64,000 nt of DNA, from contig OZ024743.1 of assembly GCA_964016885.1 (NCBI GenBank), forward strand, positions 131,688,001-131,752,000, written 5' to 3'. The notes below the pieces were generated by a model, which was not told where the DNA came from, did no database searches, and was given only the letters and a program-made list of their open reading frames with translations. Shown here one piece after another: positions 12,001 to 23,900 of the stretch (position 1 is its first letter; every line of letters begins with the position of its first letter). A program made the translations under genes and the position numbers. Source of the stretch: Eledone cirrhosa (Eukaryota).

Positions 12001-15000
12001 TGGTGCTTGCTGCTTGGTGCCTGGTGTTTCGTGCTTGGTGCTTGGTGCTTGGTGTTTGGTGTTTGGTGCTTGGTGTTTGGTGTTTGGTACTTGGTGCTTG
12101 GTGCTTGGTGCTTGGTGTTTGGTGCTTGGTGCTTGGTGATTGGTGTTTGATGCTGCGTGTCTTGGTGTTTGGTGTTTGGTGCTTGGTGCTTGGTGTTTGG
12201 TGTTTGGAGCTTGGTGCCTGGTGTTTGCTGTTTGGTGTCTGCTTTTTGGTGTTTGGTGTTTGCTGTATGGTGTTTGCTGTTTCGTATTTGGTTTTTGCTG
12301 TTTGGTGTTTGGTGTTTGCTGTTTGGTGTTAGGTGTTTGGTGCTTGGTGCTTGGTCTTTGGTGCTTGGGGTTTGGTGTTTGGTGCTTGGTGCTTGGTGTT
12401 TGGTGCCTGGTGCTTGGTGCTTGGTTCTTGGCGTTTGCTGTTTGCTGTTTGCTGTTTGGTGCTTGCTGTTTGGTGTTTGGTGTTTGGTGTTTGGTGTTTG
12501 GTGCTTGCTGTTTGGTGTTTGGTGCTTGGTGCTTGGTGATTAGTGTTTGGTGCATGGTCCTTGGTGTTTGTTGTTTGGTGCTTGGTGCTTGGTGTTTGGT
12601 GCTTGGAGCTTGCTGTTTGGTGCTTGGTGCTTGGTGTTTGGTGTTTGGTGTTTGGTGCTTGGTGCTTGGTGTTTGGTGCTTGGTGCTTGGTGCTGGGTGT
12701 TTGGTGCTTGGTGCTTGGTGTTTGGTGCTTTGTGCTTGGTGCTTGGTGCTTGGTGTTTGGTCCTTGGTGCTTGGTGCTTGGTCTTTGGTGCTTGGGGTTT
12801 GGTGTTTGGTGCTTGGTGCTTGGTGTTTGGTGCTTGGTGCTTGGTGCTTGGTGCTTGGTGCTTGGTGTTTGGTGTTTGGTGCTTACTGCTTGGTGCTTGG
12901 TGTTTGGTGCTTGGTGCTTGCTGTTTGGTGTTTGGTGTTTGGTGCTTGGTGCTTGGTGTTTGGTGTTTGGTGTTTGGTGATTGGTGTTTGGTGCTTGGTG
13001 CTCGGTGTTTGGTGCTTGGTGCTTGGTGCTTGTTGTTTGGTGTTTGGTGCTTGGTGCCTGGTGCTTGTTGTTTGGTGTTTGGTGCTTAGTGCTTGGTGTT
13101 TGGTGTTTGGTGCTTGGTGCTTGGTGGCTGGTGTTTGGTGCTTGGTGTTTGGTGTTTGGTGCTTGGTGCTTGGTGCCTGGTGTTTGGTGCCTGGTGCTTG
13201 GTGCTTGGTGTTTGGTGTTTGGCGCTTGGTGTTTGGTGTTTGGTACTTGGTGCTTGGTGCTTGGTGCTTGGTGTTTGGTGCTTGGTGCTTGGTGCTGGGT
13301 GATTAGTGTTTGGTGCTTGGTGCTTGGGGTTTGCTGTTTGGTGCTTGGTGCTTGGTGTTTGGTGCTTGGTGTTTTGTGTTTGGTGTTTGGTGCTTGGTGT
13401 ATGTACTTGGTGCTTGGTGCTTGGTGTTTGGTGCTTGGTGCTTGGTGTTTTGTGTTTGGTGTTTGGTGCTTGGTGTATGTACTTGGTGCTTGGTGTTTGG
13501 TGTTTGGTGCATGGTGCTTGATGTTTGAGGCTTGGTGCCTGGTGCTTGGTGTTTGGTGCTTGGTGCTTGGTGCTTGGTGTTTGGTGTTTGGTGCTTGGTG
13601 CTTGGTGTTTGGTGCTTGGTGTTTGGTGCTTGGTGTTCGGTGCTTGGTGCTTGGTGCTTGGTACTTGGTGTTAGGTTTTTGGTGCTTGGTGCTTGGTGTT
13701 TGATGTTTGGTCCTTGGTGCTTGGTGTTTGGTGTTTGGTGCTTGGTGCTTGGTGTTTCGTGTTTGGTGCTTGCTGCTTGCTGCTTGGTGTTTGGTGCTTG
13801 GTGATTGGTGCTTGGTGTTTGGTGCTTGGTGCTTGGTGCTTGGTGTTTGGTGTTTGGTGCTAGGTGCTTGGTGCTTGGTGCTTGGTGTTTGGTGCTTGGT
13901 GCTTGGTGTTTGGTGTTTGGTGCTTGGTGCTTGGGGCTTGGTGTTTGGTGCTTGGTGCTTGCTGTTTGGTGCTTGGTGCTTGGTGCTTGGTGCTTGGTGC
14001 TTGGTGTTTGGTGCTTGGTGCTTGGTGCTGGGTGGTTGATGTTTGGTGCTTGGTGCTTGGTGTTTGGTGCTTGGTGCTTTGTGCTTATTGTTTGGTGCTT
14101 GGTGCTTGGTGCTTGGTCTTTGGTGCTTGGTGTTTGGTGTTTGTGCTTGGTGCTTGGTGCTTGGTGTTTGGTGCTAGGTGCTTGACGCTTGGTGTTTGGT
14201 GCTTGGTGCTTGGTGCTTGGTGAATAGTGTTTGGTGCTTGGGGTTTGGTGTTTGGTGTTTGCTGTTTGGTGTTTGCTGTTTGGTGACTGCTGTTTGGTGT
14301 TTGGTGTTTGCTGTATGGTGTTTGTTGTTTTGTGTTTCGTGTTTGCTGTTTGGTATTTGGTGCTTGGTGCTTGGTGCTTGGTGCTTGGTGGCTGGTGTTT
14401 GGTGCTTGGTGTTTGGATTTTGGTGCTTGGTGCTTGGTGCCTGGTGTTTCGTGCTTGGTGCTTGGTGCTTGGTGTTTGGTGTTTGGTGCTTGGTGTTTGG
14501 TGTTTGGTACTTGGTGCTTGGTGCTTGGTGCTTGGTGTTTGGTGTTTGGTGCTTGGTGCTTGGGGCTTGGTGTTTGGTGCTTGGTGCTTGGTGCTTGGTG
14601 TTTAGTGTTTGGTGTTTGGTGCTTGGTGTTTGGTGCTTGGTGCTTGGTGCTGGGTGGTTGGTGTTTGGTGCTTGGTGCTTGGTGTTTGGTGCTTGGTGCT
14701 TGGTGCTTGTTGTTTGGTGCTTGGTGCTTGGTGCTTGGTCTTTGGTGCTTGGAGTTTGGTTGTTGGTGCTTGGTGCTTGGTGTTTGGGGTTTGGTGTTTG
14801 CTGTTTGGTGTTTGCTGTTTGGTGTCTGCTTTTTGGTGTTTGGTGTTTGCTGTATGGTGTTTGCTGTTTCGTATTTGGCTTTTGCTGTTTGGTGTTTGGT
14901 GTTTGCTGTTTGGTGTATGGTGTTTGGTGTTTGGTGCTTTGTGCTTGGTGCTTGGTGTTTGGCATTTGGTGCTTGGTGCTTGGTGTTTGGTGCTTGGTGC

Positions 15001-17950
15001 TTGGTGCTTGGTGTTTGGTGTTTGGTGCTTGGTGCCTGGTGCTTGTTGTTTGGTGTTTGGTGCTTAGTGCTTGGTGTTTGGTGTTTGGTGCTTGGTGCTT
15101 GGTGGCTGGTGGTTGGTGCTTGGTGTTTGGTGTTTGGTGCTTGGTGCTTGGTGCCTGGTGTTTGGTGCCTGGTGCTTGGTGCTTGGTGTTTGGTATTTGG
15201 TGCTTGGTGTTTGGTGTTTGGTCCTTGGTGCTTGGTGCTTGGTCTTTGCTGCTTGGGGTTTGGTGTTTGGTGCTTGGTGCTTGGTGTTTGGTGACTGGTG
15301 CTTGGTGCTTGGTGTTTGGTTTTTAATGCTTGGTGCTTGGTGCTTGGTGTTTGGTGCTTGGTGCTTGGTGCTTGGTGTTTGGCGTTTGCTGTTTGCTGTT
15401 TGCTGTTTGGTGCTTGCTGTTTGGTGTTTGGTGTTTGGTGTTTGGTGTTTGGTGCTTGCTGTTTGGTGTTTGGTGCTTGGTGCTTGGTGATTAATGTTTG
15501 GTGCATGGTCCTTGGTGTTTGTTGTTTGGTGCTTGGTGCTTGGTGTTTGGTGCTTGGTGCTTGCTGTTTGGTGGTTGGTGCTTGGTGTTTGGTGTTTGGT
15601 GTTTGGTGCTTGGTGCTTGGTGTTTGGTGTTTGGTGCTTGCTGCTTGGTGCTTGGTGCTTGGTGTTTGGTGCTTGGTGCTTGGTGCTTGGTGTTTGGCGT
15701 TTGCTGTTTGCTGTTTGGTGTTTGGTGTTTGCTGTTTCGTGTTTGCTGTTTGGTGTTTGGTGCTTGGTGCTTGGTGGCTGGTGTTTGGTGGTTGGTGTTT
15801 GGATTTTGGTTCTTGGTGCTTGGTGCCTGGTGTTTCGTGCTTGGTGCTTGGTGCTTGGTGTTTGGTGTTTTGTGCTTGGTGTTTGGTGTTTGGTACTTGG
15901 TGCTTGGTGCTTGGTGCTTGGTGTTTGGTGCTTGGTGCTTGGTGATTGGTGTTTGATGCTGCGTGCTTGGTGTTTGGTGTTTGGTGCTTGGTGCTTGGTG
16001 TTTGGTGTTTGGAGCTTGGTGCCTGGTGCTTGTTGTTTGGTGCCTGGTGCTTGTTGTTTGGTGCTTGGTGCTTGGTGGTTGGTGCTTGGTGTTAGGTGTT
16101 TGGTGCTTGGTGCTTGGTGTTTGATGTTTGGTCCCTGGTGCTTGGTGTTTGGTGTTTGGTGCTTGGTGCTTGGTGTTTGGTGTTTGGTGCTTGCTGCTTG
16201 GTGCTTGGTGTTTTGTGTTTGGAGTTTGGTGCTTGGTGTTTGGTGCTTCGGTCTTGGTGCTTGGTGTTTGGTGCTTGGTGCTTGCTGTTTGGTGTTTGGT
16301 GTTTGGTGTTTGGTGTTTGGTGTTTGCTGTTTGCTGTATGGTGTTTGCTGTTTCGTATTTGGTTTTTGCTGTTTGGTGTTTGGTGTTTGCTGTTTGGTGT
16401 TTAGTGTTTGGTGCATGGTCCTTGGTGTTTGTTGTTTGGTGCTTGGTGCTTGGTGTTTGGTGTTTGGTGTTTGGTGCCTGGTGCTTGGTGTTTGGTGCTT
16501 GGTGCTTGGTGCTGGGTGTTTGTTGCTTGGTGCTTGGTGTTTGGTGCTTGGTGCTTGGTGCTTGGTGCTTGGTGCTTGGTGTTTGGTCCTTGGTGCTTGG
16601 TGCTTGGTCTTTGGTGCTTGGGGTTTGGTGTTTGGTGCTTGGTGCTTGGTGTTTGGTGGTTGGTGGTTGGTGCTTGGTGTTTGGTGTTTGGTGCTTGCTG
16701 CTTGGTGCTTGGTGTTTGATGCTTGGTGCTTGGTGTTTGGTGTTTGGTGCTTGGTGCGTGGGACTTGGTGTTTGGTGCTTGGTGTTTGGTGCTTGGTGTT
16801 TGGTGCTTGGTGCTTGGTGCTTGGTGTTTGGTGTTTGATGCTTGCTGCCTGGTGCTTGGTGTTTTGTGTTTGGAGTTTGGTGCTTGGTGTTTGGTGCTTC
16901 GGTCTTGGTGCTTGGTGTTTGGTGCTTGGTGCTTGGTGTTTGGTGCTTGGTGCCTGGTGCTTGGTTTTTTGTGCTTGGTGCTTGGTGTTTGGTGATTGGT
17001 GCTTGGTGTTTGGTGCTTGGTGCTTGGTGCTTGGTGCTTGGTGTTAGGTGTTTGGTGCTTGATGCTTGGTGTTTGTTGTTTGGTCCTTGGTGCTTGGTGT
17101 TTGGTGCTTGGTGCTTGGTGATTGGTGTTTGGTGTTTGGTGCTTGCTGCTTGCTGCTTGGTGTTTGGTGCTTGGTGATTGGTGCTTGGTGTTTTGTGCTT
17201 GGTGTTTGGTGCTTGGTGCTTGCTGTTTGTTGTTTGGTGCTTGGTGCGTGGGACTTAGTGTTTGATGTTTGGTGCTTGGTGTTTGGTGCTTGGTGTTTGG
17301 GGCTTGGTGTTCGGTGCTTGGTGCTTGGTGCTTGGGGCTTGGTGTTTGGTGCTAGGTGCTTGGTGTTTGATGTTGGGTCCTTGGTGCTTGGTGTTTGGTG
17401 TTTGGTGCTTGGTTTTTGGTGTTTGGTGCTTGGTGCTTGATGTTTGGTGTTTGGTGCTTGGTGCTTGGGGCTTGGTGTTTGGTGCTTGGTGCTTGGTGTT
17501 TGGTGTTTGGTGCTTGGTGCTTGGGGCTTGGTGTTTGGTGCTTGGTGCTTGGTGCTTGGTGTTTAGTGTTTGGTGTTTGGTGCTTGGTGTTTGGTGCTTG
17601 GTGCTTGGTGCTGGGTGGTTGGTGTTTGGTGCTTGGTGCTTGGTGTTTGGTGCTTGGTGCTTGGTGCTTGTTGTTTGGTGCTTGGTGCTTGGTGCTTGGT
17701 CTTTGGTGCTTGGAGTTTGGTGGTTGGTGCTTGGTGCTTGGTGTTTGGTGTTTGGTGTTTGCTGTTTGGTGTTTGCTGTTTGGTGTCTGCTTTTTGGTGT
17801 TTGGTGTTTGCTGTATGGTGTTTGCTGTTTCGTATTTGGTTTTTGCTGTTTGGTGTTTGGTGTTTGCTGTTTGGTGTTTGGTGTTTGGTGTTTGGTGCTT
17901 TGTGCTTGGTGCTTGGTGTTTGGCATTTGGTGCTTGGTGCTTGTTGTTTG
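9070..17950 (+). repeat. More diverged higher-order repeat domain with about 2.6-3.0 kb and about 5.2-5.5 kb periodicities
   Basis: gtctgctttttgg block at about 9353, 12239, 14826 and 17787; tggattttgg at about 10481, 11996, 14415 and 15801; catggtcc at about 10080, 12553, 15504 and 16414; gatgctgcgtg at about 10637, 12150 and 15956. Confidence 0.75.
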
Positions 17951-20900
17951 GTGCTTGGTGCTTGGTGTTTGGTGTTTGGTGCTTGGTGCCTGGTGCTTGT
18001 TGTATGCTGTTTGGTGCTTGGTGCTTGGTGTTTGGTGTTTGCTGCTTGGTGTCTGGTGTTTGGTGCTTGGTGTTTGGTGTTTGGTGCTTGGTGCTTGGTG
18101 CTTGGTATTTGGTGTTTGATGCTTGGTGCTTGGTGATTGTTGTTTGGTGCTGGGTGCTTGGAGTTTGGTGCTTGGTGCTTGGTGCTTAGTGCTTGGTGTT
18201 TGGTGTTTGGTGCTTGGTGTTGGGTGTTTGGTGTTTGATGCTTGGTGTGTGCTGCTTGGTGCTTGGTGCTTGGTGTTTTGTGTTTGGTGCTTGGTGCTTG
18301 GTGCCTGGTGCTTGGTGCTTGGTGCTTGTTGTTTGGTGCTTGGTGCTTGGTGACTAGTGTTTGGTGCTTGGTGCTTGGGGTTTGCTGTTTGGTGCTTGGT
18401 GCTTGGTGTTTGGTGCTTGGTGCTTGGTGTTTGGTGTTTGGTGCTTGGTGCTTGGTGTTTGGGTTTTGGTGCTTGGTGCTTGGTGTTTGGTGTTTGGTGC
18501 TTGGTGTTTGGTGCTTGGTGTTTGGTGCTGAGTGCTTGGTGTTTGGTGTTTGACGCTTGGTGTTTGATGCTTGTTGCTTGGTGCTTGGTGTTTTGTGTTT
18601 GGTGTTTGGTGCTTGGTGTATGTACTTGGTGCTTGGTTCTTGGTGTTTGGTGCTTGGTTCTTGGTGTTTGGTGATTGGTGCTTGGTGCTTGGTGTTTGGT
18701 GCTTGGTGCTTGGTGTTTGGTACTTGGTGCTTGGTGTTTGGTTTTTGATGCTTGGTGTTTGATGCTTGGTGCTTGGTGCTTGGTGTTAAGTGTTTGGGGC
18801 TTGGTGCTTGGTGCATGGTGCTTGGTGTTTGGTGCTTGGTGCCTGGTGCTTGGTGTTTGGTGCTTGGTGCTTGGTGCTTGGTGTTTGGTGCTTGGTATTT
18901 GGTGCTTGGTGCTTGGTGTTTGGTGCTTGGTGTTTGGTGCTTGGTGTTCGGTGCTTGGTGCTTGGTGTTTGGTGCTTGGTGTTAGGTGATTGGTGCTTGG
19001 TGCTTGGTGTTTGATGTTTGATCCTTGTTGCTTGATGTTTGGTGCTTGGTGCTTGGTGTTTGGTGTTTGGTGCTTGCTGCTTGCTGCTTGGTGTTTGGTG
19101 CTTGGTGATTGGTGCTTGGTGTTGGGTACTTGGTGCTTGTTGTTTGGTGTTTGGTGCTAGGTGCTTGGTGCTTGGTGCTTGGGGTTTGGTGCTTGGTGCT
19201 TGGTGTTTGGTGTTTGGTGCTTGGTGCTTGGGGCTTGGTGTTTGGTGCTTTGTGCTTGGTGCTTGTTGTTTGGTGCTTGGTGCTTGGTGCTTCGTGTTTG
19301 GTGTTTGGTGCTTGCTGTTTGGTGTTTGGTGCTAGGTGCTTGGTGCTTGGTGCTTGGGGTTTGGTGCTTGGTGCTTGGTGTTTGGTGTTTGGTGCTTGGT
19401 GCTTGGTGCTTGGTGTTTGGTGCTTGGTGCTTGGTGTTTGGTGTTTGGTGCTTGGTGCCTGGTGCTTGTTGTATGCTGTTTGGTGCCTGGTGCTTGGTGT
19501 TTGGTGTTTGGTGTTTGGTGCTTGGTGTCTGGTGTTTGGTGTTTGGTGTTTGGTGCTTGCTGCTTGGTGTTTGGGTTTTGGTGCTTGGTGCTTGGTGTTT
19601 GGTGTTTGGTGCTTGGTGTTTGGTGCTTGGTGTTTGGTGCTGAGTGCTTGGTGTTTTGTGCTTGGTGCGTGGTGCTTGGTGTTTGGTGTTTGGTGCTTGG
19701 TGCTTGGTGTTTGGTGTTTGATGCTTGGTGTTTGATGCTTGTTGCTTGGTGCTTGGTGTTTTGTGTTTGGTGTTTGGTGCTTGGTGTATGTACTTGGTGC
19801 TTGGTTCTTGGTGTTTGGTGCTTGGTTCTTGGTGTTTGGTGATTGGTGCTTGGGGCTTGGTGTTTGGTGCTTGGTGCTTGGTGTTTGGTACTTGGTGCTT
19901 GGTGTTTGGTTTTTGATGCTTGGTGTTTGATGCTTGGTGCTTGGTGCTTGGTGTTAAGTGTTTGGGGCTTGGTGTTTGTTGCATGGTGCTTGGTGTTTGG
20001 TGCTTGGTGCCTGGTGCTTGGTGTTTGGTGCTTGGTGCTTGGTGCTTGGTGTTTGGTGCTTGGTATTTGGTGCTTGGTGCTTGGTGTTTGGTGCTTGGTG
20101 TTTGGTGCTTGGTGTTCGGTGCTTGGTGCTTGGTGTTTGGTGCTTGGTGTTAGGTGATTGGTGTTTGGTGCTTGGTGTTTTATGTTTGATCCTTGGTGCT
20201 TGGTGTTTGGTGCTTGGTGCTTGGTGTTTGGTGTTTGGTGCTTGGTGCCTGGTGCTTGTTGTATGCTGTTTGGTGCTTGGTGCTTGGTGTTTGGTGTTTG
20301 CTGCTTGTATGCTGTTTGGTGCTTGTTGTTTTGTGTTTGGTGTTTCGTGCTTGGTGTATGTACTTGTTGCTTGGTTCTTGGTGTTTGGTGCTTGGTTCTT
20401 GGTGTTTGGTGATTGGTGCTTGGTGCTTGGTGTTTGGTGCTTGGTGCTTGGTGTTTGGTACTTGGTGCTTGGTGTTTGGTTTTTGATGCTTGGTGTTTGA
20501 TGCTTGGTGCTTGGTGCTTGGTGTTTAAGTATTTGGGGCTTGGTGCTTGGTGCATGGTGCTTGGTGTTTGGTGCTTGGTGCCTGGTGCTTGGTGTTTGGT
20601 GCTTGGTGCTTGGTGCTTGGTGTTTGGTGCTTGGTGCTTGGTATTTGGTGCTTGGTGCTTGGTGTTTGGTGCTTGGTGTTTGGTGCTTGGTGTTCGGTGC
20701 TTGGTGCTTGGTGTTTGGTGCTTGGTGTTAGGTGATTGGTGCTTGGTGCTTGGTGTTTGATGTTTGATCTTTGGTGCTTGGTGTTTGGTGCTTGGTGCTT
20801 GGTGTTTGGTGTTTGGTGCTTGTTGCTTGCTGCTTGGTGTTTGGTGCTTGGTGATTGGTGCTTGGTGTTGGGTACTTGGTGCTTGTTGTTTGGTGTTTGG

Positions 20901-23900
20901 TGCTAGGTGCTTGGTGCTTGGTGCTTGGGGTTTGGTGCTTGGTGCTTGGTGTTTGGTGTTTGGTGCTTGGTGCTTGGGGCTTGGTGTTTGGTGCTTTGTG
21001 CTTGGTGCTTGGTGTTTGGTGCTTGGTGCTTGGTGCTTCGTGTTTGGTGTTTGGTGTTTGGTGCTTGGTGTTTGGTGCTTGGTGCTTGGTGCTGGGTGGT
21101 TGGTGTTTGGTGCTTGGTGCTTGGTGTTTGGTGCTTGGTGGTTGGTGCTTGGGGTTTGGTGCTTGGTGCTTGGTGCTTGGTGCTTGGTCTTTGGTGCTTG
21201 GTGTTTGGTGTTTGGTGCTTGGTGCTTGGTGTTTGATGCTTGGTGCTTGGTGATTGGTGTTTGGTGCTTGGTGCTTGGTGCTTGGTGATTAGTGTTTGGT
21301 GCTTGGTGCTTGGTGCCTGGTGCTTGGTGCTTGGTGCTTGTTGTTTGATGCTTGGTGCTTGGTGATTAGTGTTTGGTGCTTGGTGCTTGGGGTTTGGTGT
21401 TTGGTGCTTGGGGTTTGGTGTTTGGTGCTTGGTGCTTGGTGTTTTGTGCTTGGTGCTTGGTGTTTGGTGCTTGGTGCTTTGTGTTTGATGCTTGGTGTTT
21501 GGTGCTTGGTGCTTGATGCTTGGTGCTTGGTGTTAGGTGTTTGGTGCTTGGTCCTTGGTGTTTGATGTTTGGTCCTTGGTGCTTGGTGTTTGGTGTTTGG
21601 TGCTTGGTGCTAGGTGTTTTGTGTGTGGTGCTTGCTGCTTGGTGCTTGGTGTTTTGTGTTAGGAGTTTGGTGCTTGATGTTTGGTGCTTCTGTCTTGGTG
21701 CTTGGTGTTTGGTGTTTGGTGTTTGGTGTATGGTGCTTGGTGCTTGGTGTTTGGTGCTTCGTGCTTGGTGCTTGGTGTTTGGTGCATGGTGCTTGGTGTT
21801 TGGGGCTTGGTGCCTGGTGCTTTGTGTTTGGTGCTAGGTGCTTGGTGCTTGGTGTTAGGCGTTCGGTGCTTGGTGCTTGGTGTTTGATGTTTGGTCCTTG
21901 GTGCTTGGTGTTTGGTATTTGGTGCTTGGTGCTTGGTGTTTGGTGTTTGGTGCTTGCTGCTTGCTGCTTGGTGTTTGGTGCTTGGTGATTGGTGCTTGGT
22001 GTTTTGTGCTTGGTGCTTGGTGTTTGGTGTTTGGTGCTAGGGGCTTGGTGCTTGGTGCTTGGTGTTTGGTGCTTGGTGCTTGGTGTTTGGTGTTTGGTGC
22101 TTGGTGCGTGGGACTTGGTGTTTGGTGCTTGGTGTTTGGTGCTTGGTGTTTGGTGCTTGGTGCTTGGTGCTTGGTGTTTGGTGTTTGGTGCTTGGTACTT
22201 GGTGATTGGTGCTTGGTGCTTGGTGTTTGGTGCTTGGTGCTTGGTGTTTGGTACTTGGTGCTTGGTGTTTGGTCTTTGGTGCTTGGTGTTTGGTGCTTGG
22301 TGCTTGGTGCTTGGTGCTTGGTCTTAAGTGTTTGGGGCTTGGTGCTTGGTGCATGGTGCTTGGTGTTTGGTGCTTGGTGCCTGGTGCTTGGTGTTTGTTG
22401 CTTGGTGCTTGGTGCTTTGTGTTTGGTGCTTGGTATTTGGTGCTTGGTGCTTGGTGTTTGGTGCTTGGTGTTTGGTGCTTGGTGTTCGGTGCTTGGTGCT
22501 TGGTGTTTGGCATTTGGTGCTTGGTGCTTGGTGTTTGGTGCTTGGTGCTTGGTGTTTGGTGTTTGGTGCTTGGTGCCTGGTGCTTGTTGTATGCTGTTTG
22601 GTGCTTGGTGCTTGGTGTTTGGTGTTTGCTGCTTGGTGTCTGGTGTTTGGTGCATGGTGTTTGGTGTTTGGTGCTTGGTGCTTTGTGCTTGGTATTTGGT
22701 GTTTGGTGCTTGGTGCTTGGTGATTGTTGTTTGGTGCTGGGTGCTTGGAGTTTGGTGCTTGGTGCTTGGTGCTTAGTGCTTGGTGTTTGGTGTTTGGTGC
22801 TTGGTGTTGGGTGTTTGGTGTTTGATGCTTGGTGTGTGCTGCTTGGTGCTTGGTGCTTGGTGTTTTGTGTTTGGTGCTTGGTGCTTGGTGCTTGTTGTTT
22901 GGTGCTTGGTGCTTGGTGATTAGTGTTTGGTGCTAGGTGCTTGGGGTTTGCTGTTTGGTGATTGGTGCTTGGTGTTTGGTGCTTGGTGCTTGGTGTTTGG
23001 TGTTTGGTGCTTGGTGCTTGGTGTTTGGTGTTTGGTGTGTGCTGTTTGGTGTTTGCTGTTTGGTGTCTGCTTTTTGGTGTTTGGTGTTTGCTGTATGGTG
23101 TTTGCTGTTTCGTATTTGGTTTTTGCTGTTTGGTGTTTGGTGTTTGCTGTTTGCTGTTTGGTGTTTCGTGTTTGGTGCTTTGTGCTTGGTGCTTGGTGTT
23201 TGGTGTTTGGTGCTTGGTGCTTGGTGTTTGGTGCTTGGTGCTTGGTGTTTGGTGTTTGGTGCTTGGTGCCTGGTGCTTGTTGTATGCTGTTTGGTGCCTG
23301 GTGCTTGGTGTTTGGTGTTTGGTGTTTGGTGCTTGGTGTCTGGTGTTTGGTGTTTGGTGTTTGGTGCTTTGTGCTTGGTGTTTGGGTTTTGGTGCTTGGT
23401 GCTTGGTGTTTGGTGTTTGGTGCTTGGTGTTTGGTGCTTGGTGTTTGGTGCTGAGTGCTTGGTGTTTTGTGCTTGGTGCGTGGTGCTTGGTGTTTGGTGT
23501 TTGGTGCTTGGTGCTTGGTGTTTGGTGTTTGATGCTTGGTGTTTGATGCTTGTTGCTTGGTGCTTGGTGTTTTGTGTTTGGTGTTTGGTGCTTGGTGTAT
23601 GTACTTGGTGCTTGGTTCTTGGTGTTTGGTGCTTGGTTCTTGGTGTTTGGTGATTGGTGCTTGGGGCTTGGTGTTTGGTGCTTGGTGCTTGGTGTTTGGT
23701 ACTTGGTGCTTGGTGTTTGGTTTTTGATGCTTGGTGTTTGATGCTTGGTGCTTGGTGCTTGGTGTTAAGTGTTTGGGGCTTGGTGCTTGTTGCATGGTGC
23801 TTGGTGTTTGGTGCTTGGTGCCTGGTGCTTGGTGTTTGGTGCTTGGTGCTTGGTGCTTGGTGTTTGGTGCTTGGTATTTGGTGCTTGGTGCTTGGTGTTT